Assembly: GCA_009776515.1 (NCBI GenBank)
Contig: WRNP01000005.1
Location: forward strand, 1 to 33,068
DNA length: 33,068 nucleotides
DNA from: Dehalococcoidia bacterium
GTDB lineage: Bacteria; Chloroflexota; Dehalococcoidia; Dehalococcoidales; UBA1222
Direction: 5' to 3'
Shown: piece by piece, positions 9,385 to 19,221 of the stretch
Position numbering within the stretch: the stretch's first letter is position 1
How the letters are laid out: each line of letters starts with the position of its first letter
Made by a program: the position numbers and the translations under genes
The notes under the pieces: generated by a model
What the model was told of the DNA's origin: nothing
The model's input: only the letters and a program-made list of their open reading frames with translations
Database searches by the model: none

Positions 9385-9533
9385 TCTTCTCCTCCTAATT
9401 CCCAATCAAATTATAGCACTTCCCCTTTTTTTCAAAACCGAGCCATACAATAGTGGAACAAACTCGGCTTAAAATGTTGCCCTTCTGCGGTAGAAAATTT
9501 TGACCATTCCGGCTTAGCGGTAGCCATAAAGGC

Positions 9534-9561
9534 TTGCAATACATCGGAGTTATGTTAAAAT
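9534..9561 (+). promoter_or_regulatory. Sigma70-type promoter of xerD
   Basis: TTGCAA, 16-nt spacer, TAAAAT with upstream TG extension; AAGGAG precedes GTG 9629. Confidence 0.6.
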
Positions 9562-9628
9562 ATGGGTCAGTTTTGCATTCCCCCGACTAAGCTAGGCCAA
9601 TGTTCGGGGAGACCAAAAGGAGTGAAAA

Positions 9629-10546
9629 GTGAAAGATGACGTCCAGAGCTTCATAAGCTACCTGCGTGTCGAGAAAGGCTTTTCCGGCAATACCACTTTG
9701 GCCTATGAGAACGATCTGAAGCAGCTCGCTGATTTTGCTGCCGGTCTTGCCGGGAAAGAGAACCTGCCGAGTTGGGATAGCTTCAGCCGCGAGGACATGC
9801 TTGGTTACCTGTTAAATTTGAAAGAACGCAATTATGCGGTGACGACGGTTGCCCGCAAGGTAGCCGCCGCCAAGTCTTTTTTTGGCTTCTTGGTATCTGA
9901 GGGAAAATTGAAGACCAACCCCATGGATAACATCAGCTCCCCGAAGGTGGGTAAAGCCTTGCCAGACACGCTGACCGTATCCCAGGTGCGCGAACTTTTA
10001 GCTCAGCCTACCAAGTCGGGCTCGCCGGAAGCTAAGCGTGACCGCGCGATGCTGGAGCTCCTATATGCATCCGGTATGCGGGTTAGCGAGCTCGTAAACC
10101 TTGATCTAACCGATGTGGACACTAACAACGGCCATGTGCGGCCCTTTGGCAAGGGTAAAAAAGAGCGCCTGGTGCCTATCTACCCTGGGGCAGCTCGCAT
10201 GGTTGATGAATATATCAAGGACGTGCGCCCGCGCTTTGTGCACAACGTAGCAGAAAAAGCTCTATTCGTGAATCAGCGAGGCGACAGGCTGACCCGCCAG
10301 GGATTGTGGCAGATCCTCAAGGGGTATGCCCGGCAGGCAAATTTGGAACATCGGGTGACCCCGCATACCCTGCGCCACAGTTTTGCTACCCATATGCTTA
10401 ATGGCGGGGCCGATCTCCGCTCGGTACAGGAACTTTTAGGACACGCCAACATTTCCACCACCCAAATTTATACCCATCTTACTTCTGATCATATCCGTCA
10501 GGCCTACGATAAGGCCCATCCCAGAGCGAAAGCAAAGGAGAACTAA
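9629..10546 (+). CDS. xerD: Site-specific tyrosine recombinase XerD
   Basis: RDRAMLELLYASGMRVSEL, GKGKKERLVP, TPHTLRHSFATHML..GADLRSVQELLGHANISTTQIYTH, HPRA tail. Confidence 0.93.
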   Translation: MKDDVQSFISYLRVEKGFSGNTTLAYENDLKQLADFAAGLAGKENLPSWDSFSREDMLGYLLNLKERNYAVTTVARKVAAAKSFFGFLVSEGKLKTNPMDNISSPKVGKALPDTLTVSQVRELLAQPTKSGSPEAKRDRAMLELLYASGMRVSELVNLDLTDVDTNNGHVRPFGKGKKERLVPIYPGAARMVDEYIKDVRPRFVHNVAEKALFVNQRGDRLTRQGLWQILKGYARQANLEHRVTPHTLRHSFATHMLNGGADLRSVQELLGHANISTTQIYTHLTSDHIRQAYDKAHPRAKAKEN

Positions 10547-10803
10547 TGGCCCGCAAATATGTTACTCCCAAAAAAAAGCGAAGCCACACGGTTGCCCCTG
10601 CCCACCATAAGCTGCCGGAAAGTGCGCCGCTGGCCAGCCCCGAGATTTCGGTAGCCTATTCATCGGCAGCGAAAGCTACACCAACCCCTGTTGCTGCCGA
10701 GTCGGTGAAATACGAGAGCTTGCCGCGGGAGCTTAGGCGGACGGCGCTACTTACGGTCATCACTATAGCTATCATGATCGTGTTGTGGCTGATATTCCGC
10801 TAG
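10546..10803 (+). CDS. Small membrane protein (basic N-terminus, C-terminal TM helix)
   Basis: TAATG stop/start overlap with xerD, AAGGAG SD; ends TALLTVITIAIMIVLWLIFR. Confidence 0.8.
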   Translation: MARKYVTPKKKRSHTVAPAHHKLPESAPLASPEISVAYSSAAKATPTPVAAESVKYESLPRELRRTALLTVITIAIMIVLWLIFR

Positions 10804-11051
10804 ATTGGACAGAGCTCTTGGCCCTGGTTAAAACCATGGGTGGGAGCCAGGTTGTTAGCAAGCGGCGATGTTTGCGTTGATATCAGATTTGTTAGGGTAT
10901 CGGAGTTGTTAAAAGCGGTGCTGGAGGCAGCGTATTGAGTGCCTTTCTGGATCGACACTAAAAGACGGCCGCTATCTGATGTAGTTTTTTACTGCCAAAT
11001 GTTAGTCCGGATGGACATGGGTAAAAAATAACCAGGAAAGCAGGTATCTGA

Positions 11052-13115
11052 ATGAAACAGTATCCCTCGGAAAAGATACGCAACATTGTGTTACTCTCCC
11101 ACAGCGGGGCAGGCAAGACCACTCTCTCCGAGGCCCTGCTTTTTGTAACTGGGGCGATTAACCGCCTGGGCAAGATTGAGGCCGGTAATACCACTTCTGA
11201 TTACGATCCTGATGAGGTCAAACGTCACATTAGCATCAACCTTTCCATACTGCCCTGCGAATGGCATGAAACCAAACTGAATCTGATTGACTCGCCGGGC
11301 TATATAGATTTTGTAGGCGAAGTGCGCTCGGCAGTGCGCGTGAGCGAAGGGGCTATCATCGTGGTGGCCGCTACCTCGGGCATCGAGGTCGGCACTGAAC
11401 TCACCTGGGGTTACGCCGAGGAAGCGGGGCTTGCCCGGATGGTCTTTGTCAGCAAAATGGATCGCGAAAATGCCAATTTCTTAAAGGTGGTTGAGCAGTT
11501 TCGGGCGCGTTACGGGGCAAAGTGTGTCCCGCTACAGCTCCCCGTCGGGTCTCATGTCGATTTTAAAGGGGTTGTCGACCTTCTGTCCATGAAGGCGTTT
11601 ATGGGTTCGGCTTCAGAAGAAGGTGATATCCCCGCCGAATTTGCCAGCAAAGCTCAGGAGCTTCGCGCTCAAATGGTAGAAGCGGTAGCGGAGACCGATG
11701 ATGACCTGATGGAAAAATACTTGGGCGGTGAAGAACTAGGCCAAAACGAGCTTGCGGCGGGGCTCAAAAAAGCTGTCGCTGGCGGGAAAATCATTCCTAT
11801 TTTGGTCGGCTCCGGGCTTCAGAACATTGGAGCGCGGGAGTTGCTTAATGCCATTGTAGAGTTTATGCCGTCGCCGCAGGGCTGTCCCATTGTTTTTGCC
11901 GAGGACTCTGCCGTTAAGGATGCCGATATAAGTGGCCCTCTGTCTGCCCTGGTTTTTAAGACGACGGCTGATCCATATGTGGGGAAACTCACTTACTTCC
12001 GAGTCTTTACTGGTGCCATGGACAGCAATTCTCAGGTTTGGGATGTGAACCAAAATGCGGCTGAGCGCATAGGCCAGCTTTACATGCTGCGCGGCAAGGC
12101 CCAGGAAGCGGTAAACCGTGTGGAAGCGGGCGATATTGGGGCGGTGGCTAAACTCAGCGCTGCGGCAACAGGCGATACCCTGGGTATTCAGGACAAGGCA
12201 GTCAAGCTCCCGCCCGCTACCTTTCCCAAGCCCATTTTCAATGTGGCAGTGCATCCCAAGACAAAGGCTGACTTGGATAAGATGGGCACTTCACTCGTAC
12301 GTCTGACTGAAGAAGATCCCACCTTGCGGGTGTACCGTGATCCCGATACTGCCGAGACTATCCTCTCTGGCATGGGAGATACTCAAGTAGATGTTGCTGC
12401 CGAGAGGATGCAGCGCAAGTTTGGGGTAGGGGTGGATCTTAAGCCGCCTAAGGTGCCCTACCGCGAGACTATCACCCGTAGCGTGAAGGCGGAGTTCAAG
12501 CATAAGAAGCAGACCGGCGGGCACGGCCAGTATGGTCATGTAATGCTGGAGCTGGAGCCTCTCCCGCAAGGCAGTCCGAACGAATTTACAAACCGCGTGG
12601 TAGGCGGTGCTATTCCCAAAAATTATATTCCGGCAGTGGAAAAGGGTGTCGTAGAGGGCTACAAAGAAGGTATGTTGGCCGGCTACCCGGTGGTAGGTAT
12701 ACGCGTGGCTGTTTATGACGGTAGCTTCCATCCGGTGGATTCCTCGGAAATCTGTTTTAAGATTGCCGGTTCCCAAGCGCTGAAGAAGGGTCTTGCCGAA
12801 GGCAATCCTATCATGCTGGAGCCTATTGTTAAGATCAAGGTTACGGTGCCTAACGATTTTACGGGGGACATCCTTTCCGACCTTAATACCAAACGGGCTC
12901 GTGTGCAGGGCATGAACCCTCATGGTGATATCAACACCATTGAGGCTGAGGTCCCCATGGCCGAAATGCTACGGTATGCTACGGATCTAAAATCCATTAC
13001 CCAGGGACGTGGCACCTATGTCTTAGAACTCAGTCATTACGAACAAGTGCCCTCTCATATAACCGAAAAGATTATTGCCGATAGGGAGGCGGAAAAGGCC
13101 GCCGAGGACAAATAG
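11052..13115 (+). CDS. fusA: Elongation factor G paralogue (EF-G II / FusA2)
   Basis: Full-length EF-G architecture (DPYVGKLTYFRV, EEDPT, PKVPYRETI, KQTGGHGQYGHV, DGSFHPVDSS) with non-canonical G motifs (HSGAGKTT, RHISI, DSPG, SKMD). Not in an rpsL-rpsG operon. Confidence 0.93.
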   Translation: MKQYPSEKIRNIVLLSHSGAGKTTLSEALLFVTGAINRLGKIEAGNTTSDYDPDEVKRHISINLSILPCEWHETKLNLIDSPGYIDFVGEVRSAVRVSEGAIIVVAATSGIEVGTELTWGYAEEAGLARMVFVSKMDRENANFLKVVEQFRARYGAKCVPLQLPVGSHVDFKGVVDLLSMKAFMGSASEEGDIPAEFASKAQELRAQMVEAVAETDDDLMEKYLGGEELGQNELAAGLKKAVAGGKIIPILVGSGLQNIGARELLNAIVEFMPSPQGCPIVFAEDSAVKDADISGPLSALVFKTTADPYVGKLTYFRVFTGAMDSNSQVWDVNQNAAERIGQLYMLRGKAQEAVNRVEAGDIGAVAKLSAAATGDTLGIQDKAVKLPPATFPKPIFNVAVHPKTKADLDKMGTSLVRLTEEDPTLRVYRDPDTAETILSGMGDTQVDVAAERMQRKFGVGVDLKPPKVPYRETITRSVKAEFKHKKQTGGHGQYGHVMLELEPLPQGSPNEFTNRVVGGAIPKNYIPAVEKGVVEGYKEGMLAGYPVVGIRVAVYDGSFHPVDSSEICFKIAGSQALKKGLAEGNPIMLEPIVKIKVTVPNDFTGDILSDLNTKRARVQGMNPHGDINTIEAEVPMAEMLRYATDLKSITQGRGTYVLELSHYEQVPSHITEKIIADREAEKAAEDK

Positions 13116-13252
13116 ATCTGGCTTGATTACGCCAGAGCCTGGCTGCGCGGTGTGGATGCGCCGGGGTTATGCAGGAGCGACCTAAATTGATGGCATGATG
13201 ACGGTTGCTAGTAGCAAGCGCGGAAAGCAAGCAGTTGCGCAACGCTTTAAGA

Positions 13253-13285
13253 ATGGGGAGTTCCTCGGATGACTCCCCATCTTTT
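13253..13285 (+). terminator. Intrinsic terminator downstream of fusA and upstream of the antiporter
   Basis: ATGGGGAGT (13253-13261) / ACTCCCCAT (13272-13280) followed by CTTTT. Confidence 0.65.
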
Positions 13286-13326
13286 GGTTCAAAAATTATT
13301 TTAGCTGAAACGAAAAGAGAGTCTTT

Positions 13327-14316
13327 ATGCAATTTATTTTACTGCTGGGCGGATTGGCTCTTATTATCAAGAGCGCCGACACTTTGATTGAGGCTACGTC
13401 TAGCATTGCCCTGAGATACGGGGTGTCGACATTTGTCGTGGGTATTACGATTATTGCTTTTGGTACCAGCGCTCCTGAATTGGTGGTAGGATTGGTGTCT
13501 GCCATAAGCAAGACCAACGAGCTTTCTTTGGGCAATATCATCGGGGCTTCTTTTGCCAACGCGGCCTTAATCGTTGGTATAGCAGCCATAATCTTCCCCT
13601 TAGCCGTCAAGAACACGGTGATCAAACGTGAACTACCGATGTTGATCTTTGTACAATGTGTTCTGGGTTTTATGATCCTGGGCGATGGCAAAATGACCAG
13701 GGTTGAAGGAATAGTATTGCTCCTGGGGTTTGTGGGGTTTATTGTCTATATTATCAAAACTGCCAAAGGGCACCAGATTATCGCCACCGAAAGTAACGAT
13801 AGCCGCAGTATTGCTGGCGGCGGAAATAATATTGCGGAGAACACGATAGGTGTCAGGGAAGACGGCTCTGTTAAGCTGTGGATCCTCAGCGCCATCGCTT
13901 TAATCGGCCTTTTTGTCGGCGGGAGATTGGCTGTTGATAGCAGTACCAGAATTGCCGAAAGTCTTGGCTTGAGCGAAACCATTATCGGCTTGACGGTGGT
14001 TGCCATCGCTACGACCATGCCTGAGCTTATGACCAGCATCATGGCGGCTAGGAAAAAGGAGCCCGATCTTGTACTCGGTAACTGTATCGGTAGCATTTTG
14101 TTCAATATACTATTGGCATTGGGGCTGTCTGCCGCTATAAATCCCATTGCAGTTCAAGGGAATATGGCATTAGACATATTGCTCATGATACTGCTGACAG
14201 TTGCAATTTTGATCGTGGCTCTTGTTAAAAAACGAATCTCAAGAGTGTGCGGAACCATATTGGTGGCGGGTTACGCTATTTATCTCGGTTTTAAGGTAGT
14301 GGCTGTCTTTCTGTAA
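13327..14316 (+). CDS. Calcium/sodium antiporter, CaCA family (YrbG-like)
   Basis: About 10 TM helices in two halves with alpha-repeat motifs AFGTSAPE...GNIIGA and AIATTMPE...GNCIGS. Confidence 0.93.
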   Translation: MQFILLLGGLALIIKSADTLIEATSSIALRYGVSTFVVGITIIAFGTSAPELVVGLVSAISKTNELSLGNIIGASFANAALIVGIAAIIFPLAVKNTVIKRELPMLIFVQCVLGFMILGDGKMTRVEGIVLLLGFVGFIVYIIKTAKGHQIIATESNDSRSIAGGGNNIAENTIGVREDGSVKLWILSAIALIGLFVGGRLAVDSSTRIAESLGLSETIIGLTVVAIATTMPELMTSIMAARKKEPDLVLGNCIGSILFNILLALGLSAAINPIAVQGNMALDILLMILLTVAILIVALVKKRISRVCGTILVAGYAIYLGFKVVAVFL

Positions 14317-14385
14317 ACCATCGCCAATAAAAAAACAGCCGGTCGCCCAATGTTTCCTATGGGCATATTTCGGAAACAACTTTTC

Positions 14386-14414
14386 TTGACAACTGATCTT
14401 GCTTGGTGTACGCT
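14386..14414 (+). promoter_or_regulatory. Promoter of the trp T-box leader
   Basis: TTGACA, 17-nt spacer, TACGCT immediately upstream of the T-box. Confidence 0.65.
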
Positions 14415-14435
14415 ACAGCAAATTGAATATTGTCA

Positions 14436-14713
14436 AACCATTGACGCAGAGGTAAAAACAGCCTAGGCGCTGTACAGAGAGTTCGGCTTAGCTGAGAACC
14501 GAATAGAGATGCCGGCTGTTAAATGGGCTGCCGAGGGCATGGTCAAAGGTGTTAGTGGCACCGAGTATTCCATGACGTGACGCATACGTGAGTTGCGAGG
14601 GATATGTTTGTATCCCGCAGAGAGCACAGAGTTGTTTCTGTGAAACAAGGTGGCACCGCGAATCGTCGGTATTCGTCCTTGGTAGAGCATATAGCTTTAC
14701 CAAGGATTTTTTT
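14436..14713 (+). promoter_or_regulatory. Tryptophan T-box riboswitch (transcription antitermination)
   Basis: Stem I hallmarks (AGAGAG, GCTGAG), specifier TGG at 14524-14526, T-box AAGGTGGCACCGCG at 14647-14660, terminator TCCTTGGTAGAGC/GCTTTACCAAGGA (14676-14706) plus T7. Confidence 0.95.
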
Positions 14714-14773
14714 ATTTTCGCCAGCCTTAGGCGTTGTGGGTGGGATATAAAGTTTTTCTGAAGGAGTATTCAT

Positions 14774-16234
14774 ATGATCAGGCCTACTTTGGAAGAGGCC
14801 AAGCGCTTATCGCCCGGCCATACCGTAATCCCTGTGGCGTTGGAGATCTTCTCCGACCAGAAGACTCCAATTGAAATCCTGAGGAACATACGCAAACGGA
14901 ATGACGGCTGGTATATCCTAGAGAGTGTGAACGGCGGCGACAGTTGGGGGCGCTATTCATTTTTAGGATATAAACCCGTTATGACCATAAGTGGGACAGG
15001 CGACACCATTGTGTTAAAAGATGGCAAGGGGGAGACGAGGATTACTGCTGGCCCCGTTGGCATGATCAGGGGGTTACTCTCAAGGCAAAAAAGTCCGCGC
15101 ATCGCGTATCTGCCGCCGTTCACGGGCGGGCTCGTGGGTTATTTCGCATATGATTTTGTCAGACATTTCATACCAGGGCTGAGACTCACGGCGATTGATA
15201 GCGAGAATTTTTGGGATTTCCAGCTGATGTTGATGGAAAAGGTGATTGTGTTTGACCATTACAAGCAGAAGATCTTCATTGTTGCCAATATCCCCACGGA
15301 AGACCTTGAGGGTAGCTATGTCAACGGTGTCACGGAACTGCGGGATATAGAAAAGACCATTTTGTCTGCCGTCTTGCCCTCTGATGAGGAGCCTTGCCGC
15401 TGTGGTGAATTTACGCCAGCTTTTTCGAAGAATGAATTCCGCGGAATGATTGAAAAAGTTAAGAGCCATATCGCTGAGGGCGACATTTTTCAGGCGGTCA
15501 TCTCGAACCGTTTCAAAGCCTCGTTCAAAGGTAGTCTCATCAATGCCTACCGCCTACTCCGCACCAGCAATCCCTCGCCATATATGGTCTGTATGGGCCT
15601 CGGCGATTTGGAGATTGCCTGTTCTTCGCCGGAAACCTTAGTTGCCCTGCGGGATGGGGTAGTAAGCTCTTTCCCCCTTGCCGGTACCTGCCCGCGCGGT
15701 AAAAATGAGGATGAAGACGCTCTTTTAATCAAAGCCCTGTTGCAGGACGAAAAAGAATTGGCTGAACATGACATGCTGGTTGATCTTGCTCGGAACGACA
15801 TCGGCAAAGTGAGCCGTTTTGGCAGTGTAAAAACGAATCAGTACCGACAAATAAAGAGTTTTTCCCATGTTAGCCATATCTCTTCGCATATTACAGGAGA
15901 GCTTTGTGAAGGCAAAGATGCTCTTGATGTGATTGCTGCCGCTCTTCCCGCGGGAACCCTTTCTGGCGCACCTAAAAAACGAGCCTGCGAGATCATCGAT
16001 GCGGTTGAGGGCATAAAACGCGGAGTGTATGGCGGTGCAATAGGTTATATCGATTTTGCCGGAAATATGGACATGTGTATCGGCATTCGCTTAGCAGTAC
16101 TCAAGGGGGGTAATGTGTATGTCCAGGCCGGAGCCGGCATTGTGGCGGACAGCGACCCGGAAAAAGAATTCCGTGAAACTCAAAACAAAGCGCGGGCTAC
16201 CATGGAAGCCCTGAAGCACAGCCAGGAGGTGTGA
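14774..16234 (+). CDS. trpE: Anthranilate synthase component I
   Basis: ILESV, GRYSF, PPFTGGLVGY, GDIFQ, NPSPYM, SSPE, KELAEHDMLVDLARND, PAGTLSGAPK, YVQAGAGIVADS; AAGGAG SD. Confidence 0.96.
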   Translation: MIRPTLEEAKRLSPGHTVIPVALEIFSDQKTPIEILRNIRKRNDGWYILESVNGGDSWGRYSFLGYKPVMTISGTGDTIVLKDGKGETRITAGPVGMIRGLLSRQKSPRIAYLPPFTGGLVGYFAYDFVRHFIPGLRLTAIDSENFWDFQLMLMEKVIVFDHYKQKIFIVANIPTEDLEGSYVNGVTELRDIEKTILSAVLPSDEEPCRCGEFTPAFSKNEFRGMIEKVKSHIAEGDIFQAVISNRFKASFKGSLINAYRLLRTSNPSPYMVCMGLGDLEIACSSPETLVALRDGVVSSFPLAGTCPRGKNEDEDALLIKALLQDEKELAEHDMLVDLARNDIGKVSRFGSVKTNQYRQIKSFSHVSHISSHITGELCEGKDALDVIAAALPAGTLSGAPKKRACEIIDAVEGIKRGVYGGAIGYIDFAGNMDMCIGIRLAVLKGGNVYVQAGAGIVADSDPEKEFRETQNKARATMEALKHSQEV

Positions 16235-16237
16235 ATA

Positions 16238-16822
16238 ATGGTTCTGATTATCGATAATTACGACAGCTTTACTTACAATCTCTATCAAATGGCGGGGACA
16301 TTTATACCGGAAACCAAGGTGGTATATAATGATCAATGTGACATAACGAATATTGAGACCTGCGAGCCATCGCATATCATCATCTCTCCCGGCCCTGGCC
16401 GACCGAAGGATGCGGGAATATGCGAGGAGGCTATCCGCTATTTTGCGGGTAAAATACCCATTCTTGGGATCTGCCTCGGACACCAGGCGATTTGCGAGGC
16501 TTTTGGGGGAACTATTGCCTATGCGAAAGTCTTGATGCACGGCAAAAAAAGCACGGTGCACATTGCTAATGGGAGTCCGATCTTTCGTGGTCTGCCGCCC
16601 ATGCTTGAAGCAGGACGTTACCACTCGTTGGCGGCGGAACGAAGCGCCTTGCCTGACGAGCTGCTCGTCATCGCAGAAACGGATGATGGGGAGGTCATGG
16701 GAGTTAAGCATCGGGATTTTGACCTTTATGGCCTACAATTCCATCCCGAATCCATTTTAACACCGAACGGCGGGAGAATTGTGGAGAACTTTCTGAAGAT
16801 AAGGACGGCCGCAGATGATTGA
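16238..16822 (+). CDS. trpG: Anthranilate synthase component II (glutamine amidotransferase)
   Basis: IDNYDSFTYNL, ISPGPG, ILGICLGHQ, RYHSL, QFHPES. Confidence 0.96.
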   Translation: MVLIIDNYDSFTYNLYQMAGTFIPETKVVYNDQCDITNIETCEPSHIIISPGPGRPKDAGICEEAIRYFAGKIPILGICLGHQAICEAFGGTIAYAKVLMHGKKSTVHIANGSPIFRGLPPMLEAGRYHSLAAERSALPDELLVIAETDDGEVMGVKHRDFDLYGLQFHPESILTPNGGRIVENFLKIRTAADD

Positions 16823-17831
16823 GCAAGCAATCCACGAAATATTGGATGGGCATCATCTCAGCTCCGATACTGCCAGAGAGGTCATGATGCAGATGATGGA
16901 AGGAGAGGCCCGCGATTCCCAAATGGGAGCTTTTCTGGCGGTGATGCGTTTTAAGGGCGAGAGTATTGAGGAGATTACGGCCTGCGCCGAAGTCATGCGC
17001 GAAAAATGTGTAAAACTACGCCCGAAAACAGACGTACTGGACATTGTGGGTACGGGCGGTGATGAATTATTCAGCTTCAACATCTCCACTATTTCTGCCT
17101 TTGTTGTCGCAGCGGGCGGGGTACCGGTCGCTAAGCACGGTAACCGCAGCGTGTCCAGCAAATGCGGAAGCGCTGATGTGCTTGAGGCATTGGGGGTTAA
17201 GCTGCTACTGACCGCCGCGCAAAGCGAGGCTGTATTGGAGAAAACGGGCATGTGCTTTATGTTGGCGCAGATATACCACTCAGCCATGAAGTATGTTGCT
17301 CATGTGCGAAAAGAACTTGGTGCGCGCACCATATTTAATATACTAGGGCCTTTGGCTAATCCCGCAGGGGCGAATATGCAACTTCTAGGGGTATATGACG
17401 AAAACCTGGTTGAACCCTTGGCCGGGGTGCTGAATAATCTTGGCGTAAAACGCGCCATGGTCGTGCATGGACACGACGGGCTTGACGAAATCACTTTAAC
17501 AGACACGTCAACAATCTGCGAGGTAGCAGACGGAAAGCTTAATAGTTATTTTGTTACGCCCGAACAATTTGGTTTTTCGCGTTGCAGCCCCACCGAACTG
17601 ACCGGAGGCAGTCCTGAGGAAAACGCTGAAATTGCGCGGCGCATCCTCTCGGGGGAAAAAGGGCCTAAACGAGACACGGTGGTGCTCAATGCCGCGTGCT
17701 GCCTTTATATGGGGAAAAACCATGTCACGATGCGCGAATGCGTTAGAGCAGCGCAGAGGATAATCGACAGCGGGCAAGCAATGGACAAACTGGATGATTT
17801 TGTCCGTGTTACGAATGAAGTAGCAGCATGA
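16815..17831 (+). CDS. trpD: Anthranilate phosphoribosyltransferase
   Basis: DIVGTGGD..FNIST, AKHGNRSVSSKCGSADVLE, RTIFNILGPLANP, DGLDEI. Confidence 0.97.
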   Translation: MIEQAIHEILDGHHLSSDTAREVMMQMMEGEARDSQMGAFLAVMRFKGESIEEITACAEVMREKCVKLRPKTDVLDIVGTGGDELFSFNISTISAFVVAAGGVPVAKHGNRSVSSKCGSADVLEALGVKLLLTAAQSEAVLEKTGMCFMLAQIYHSAMKYVAHVRKELGARTIFNILGPLANPAGANMQLLGVYDENLVEPLAGVLNNLGVKRAMVVHGHDGLDEITLTDTSTICEVADGKLNSYFVTPEQFGFSRCSPTELTGGSPEENAEIARRILSGEKGPKRDTVVLNAACCLYMGKNHVTMRECVRAAQRIIDSGQAMDKLDDFVRVTNEVAA

Positions 17832-18592
17832 ATTACCTTGAATGTATTGTTGCTTCAACCAGAGAACGTGTTAGACGGGATAGGCGGGTGGGACTGCCCC
17901 CGCAAAGCCCGAAGCTACGCAATCCTTTTCTCTTCGAGCAAAGCCTGCAAGGACCGGAGATGGCGTTTATCTGCGAAATAAAAAAGGCATCGCCTTCAAA
18001 GGGCATGATTGCAGATGCTTTCCCGTATCTTGATATCGCCCGAGAGTATGAAAACGGTGGGGCTAAGGCCATTTCCGTGCTGACCGAGCCGGAATTCTTC
18101 CAAGGCGATGATCGTCACCTGGCCGAAATTCGCGAAATTGTAAATGCCCCGCTCCTTCGTAAGGACTTTGTTATTGATACGTTTCAGATAGAGCAGGCTG
18201 CTTGCCTTGGGGCTGATGCCGTACTTTTGATCTGTGCGCTTTCTACCCCAGTGCAGATAGCCGGATATATTCAAAAGGCAGACCAATTGGGGTTGTCCTG
18301 CCTGGTTGAAGCGCACGATGAAGGTGAAATCAAGATTGCCCTTGATGCAGGGGCGCGAGTGATCGGCGTCAACAACAGAGACCTTAAGACGTTTAAGGTG
18401 GATCTGAATACCAGCCTGAAACTCCGAGAAATCGTGCCGAGAGACATAATATTTGTGTCCGAAAGTGGTATTCGCACAGCAGAGGACGTTGATACTTTGC
18501 GGCGATATGGAATAAATGCCGTGCTGGTCGGAGAGGCACTTATGCGCTCTCCCGACAAGCAAGCAGCTCTTAATGATCTGCGCGGAAGATAA
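17828..18592 (+). CDS. trpC: Indole-3-glycerol phosphate synthase
   Basis: EIKKASPSKG, ISVLTE, LLRKDF, GADAVLLI, LVEAHD, IGVNNRDL, SESGI, LVGEALM; ATGA overlap with trpD. Confidence 0.97.
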   Translation: MNYLECIVASTRERVRRDRRVGLPPQSPKLRNPFLFEQSLQGPEMAFICEIKKASPSKGMIADAFPYLDIAREYENGGAKAISVLTEPEFFQGDDRHLAEIREIVNAPLLRKDFVIDTFQIEQAACLGADAVLLICALSTPVQIAGYIQKADQLGLSCLVEAHDEGEIKIALDAGARVIGVNNRDLKTFKVDLNTSLKLREIVPRDIIFVSESGIRTAEDVDTLRRYGINAVLVGEALMRSPDKQAALNDLRGR

Positions 18593-18594
18593 AT

Positions 18595-19221
18595 ATGAGC
18601 AAGGTTAAGATTTGTGGTTTGCGCTGCGTTGCGGACGTGGATGCTGTCAATGTGGCGCTGCCAGATTTTGTTGGGTTTGTCTTTGCCGACAGCCACCGCA
18701 GAATTGATGAAGTGACGGCATCGGTCATGAAAGAAAAACTTGATACCAGGATTTTGGCTGTGGGGGTTTTTGTTAATCAGGAGATAGAATATATCGCGAA
18801 TCTGTATCTAAAAGGGGTTATTGATTTAGTGCAACTTCACGGAGAAGAAGATGATGGATATATTCGGCGGCTTCGAGAACGAACAGGCAGTCAAGCCAGC
18901 AAGATCATGCGTATCATCAAGGCCGTTGCCATAGGCAAGGCGTTGCCAGCTTTGCCACATGGGGCGGATTATTTATTGTTTGATACCGCCTCAAAACAGC
19001 GCGGCGGTACCGGGGAAGCTTTTGACTGGGGTATTCTGAAAGATTATCACGGACAACCGTTTTTTATAGCTGGCGGACTTTCAAAATCAACGGTTGTCAA
19101 GGCGATGGCGCTGCTTGCGCCTTTCTGCGTTGACGTAAGTAGTGGGGTGGAGACAGCAGGGGTAAAAGACGCGGAGAAAATTGCTGAGTTTGTGCGCATG
19201 GTAAGGAAGGATAGCTCGTAA
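18595..19221 (+). CDS. trpF: Phosphoribosylanthranilate isomerase
   Basis: VKICGL, GFVF, VGVFVN, VQLHGEE, LFDT..GGTGEAFDW, AGGL, VDVSSGVE..KD. Confidence 0.96.
   Translation: MSKVKICGLRCVADVDAVNVALPDFVGFVFADSHRRIDEVTASVMKEKLDTRILAVGVFVNQEIEYIANLYLKGVIDLVQLHGEEDDGYIRRLRERTGSQASKIMRIIKAVAIGKALPALPHGADYLLFDTASKQRGGTGEAFDWGILKDYHGQPFFIAGGLSKSTVVKAMALLAPFCVDVSSGVETAGVKDAEKIAEFVRMVRKDSS

Noticed and set aside
9533-9560. TTATGTTAAAA upstream of xerD resembles the XerD arm of a dif site
   Set aside because: No convincing XerC arm at the 6-bp spacing. The same ATGTTAAAAT string recurs before uvrC and prfA, where it is best explained as an extended -10 promoter.
9629-10546. Tyrosine recombinase as the integrase of the accessory block
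   Set aside because: It has typical housekeeping XerD motifs and lies outside the direct repeats, separated from them by core genes.
13251-13282. Fluoride riboswitch-like words (ATGG..GAGTTC / GATGACTCC)
   Set aside because: Spacing is too short for the pseudoknot; the segments simply form the terminator stem.
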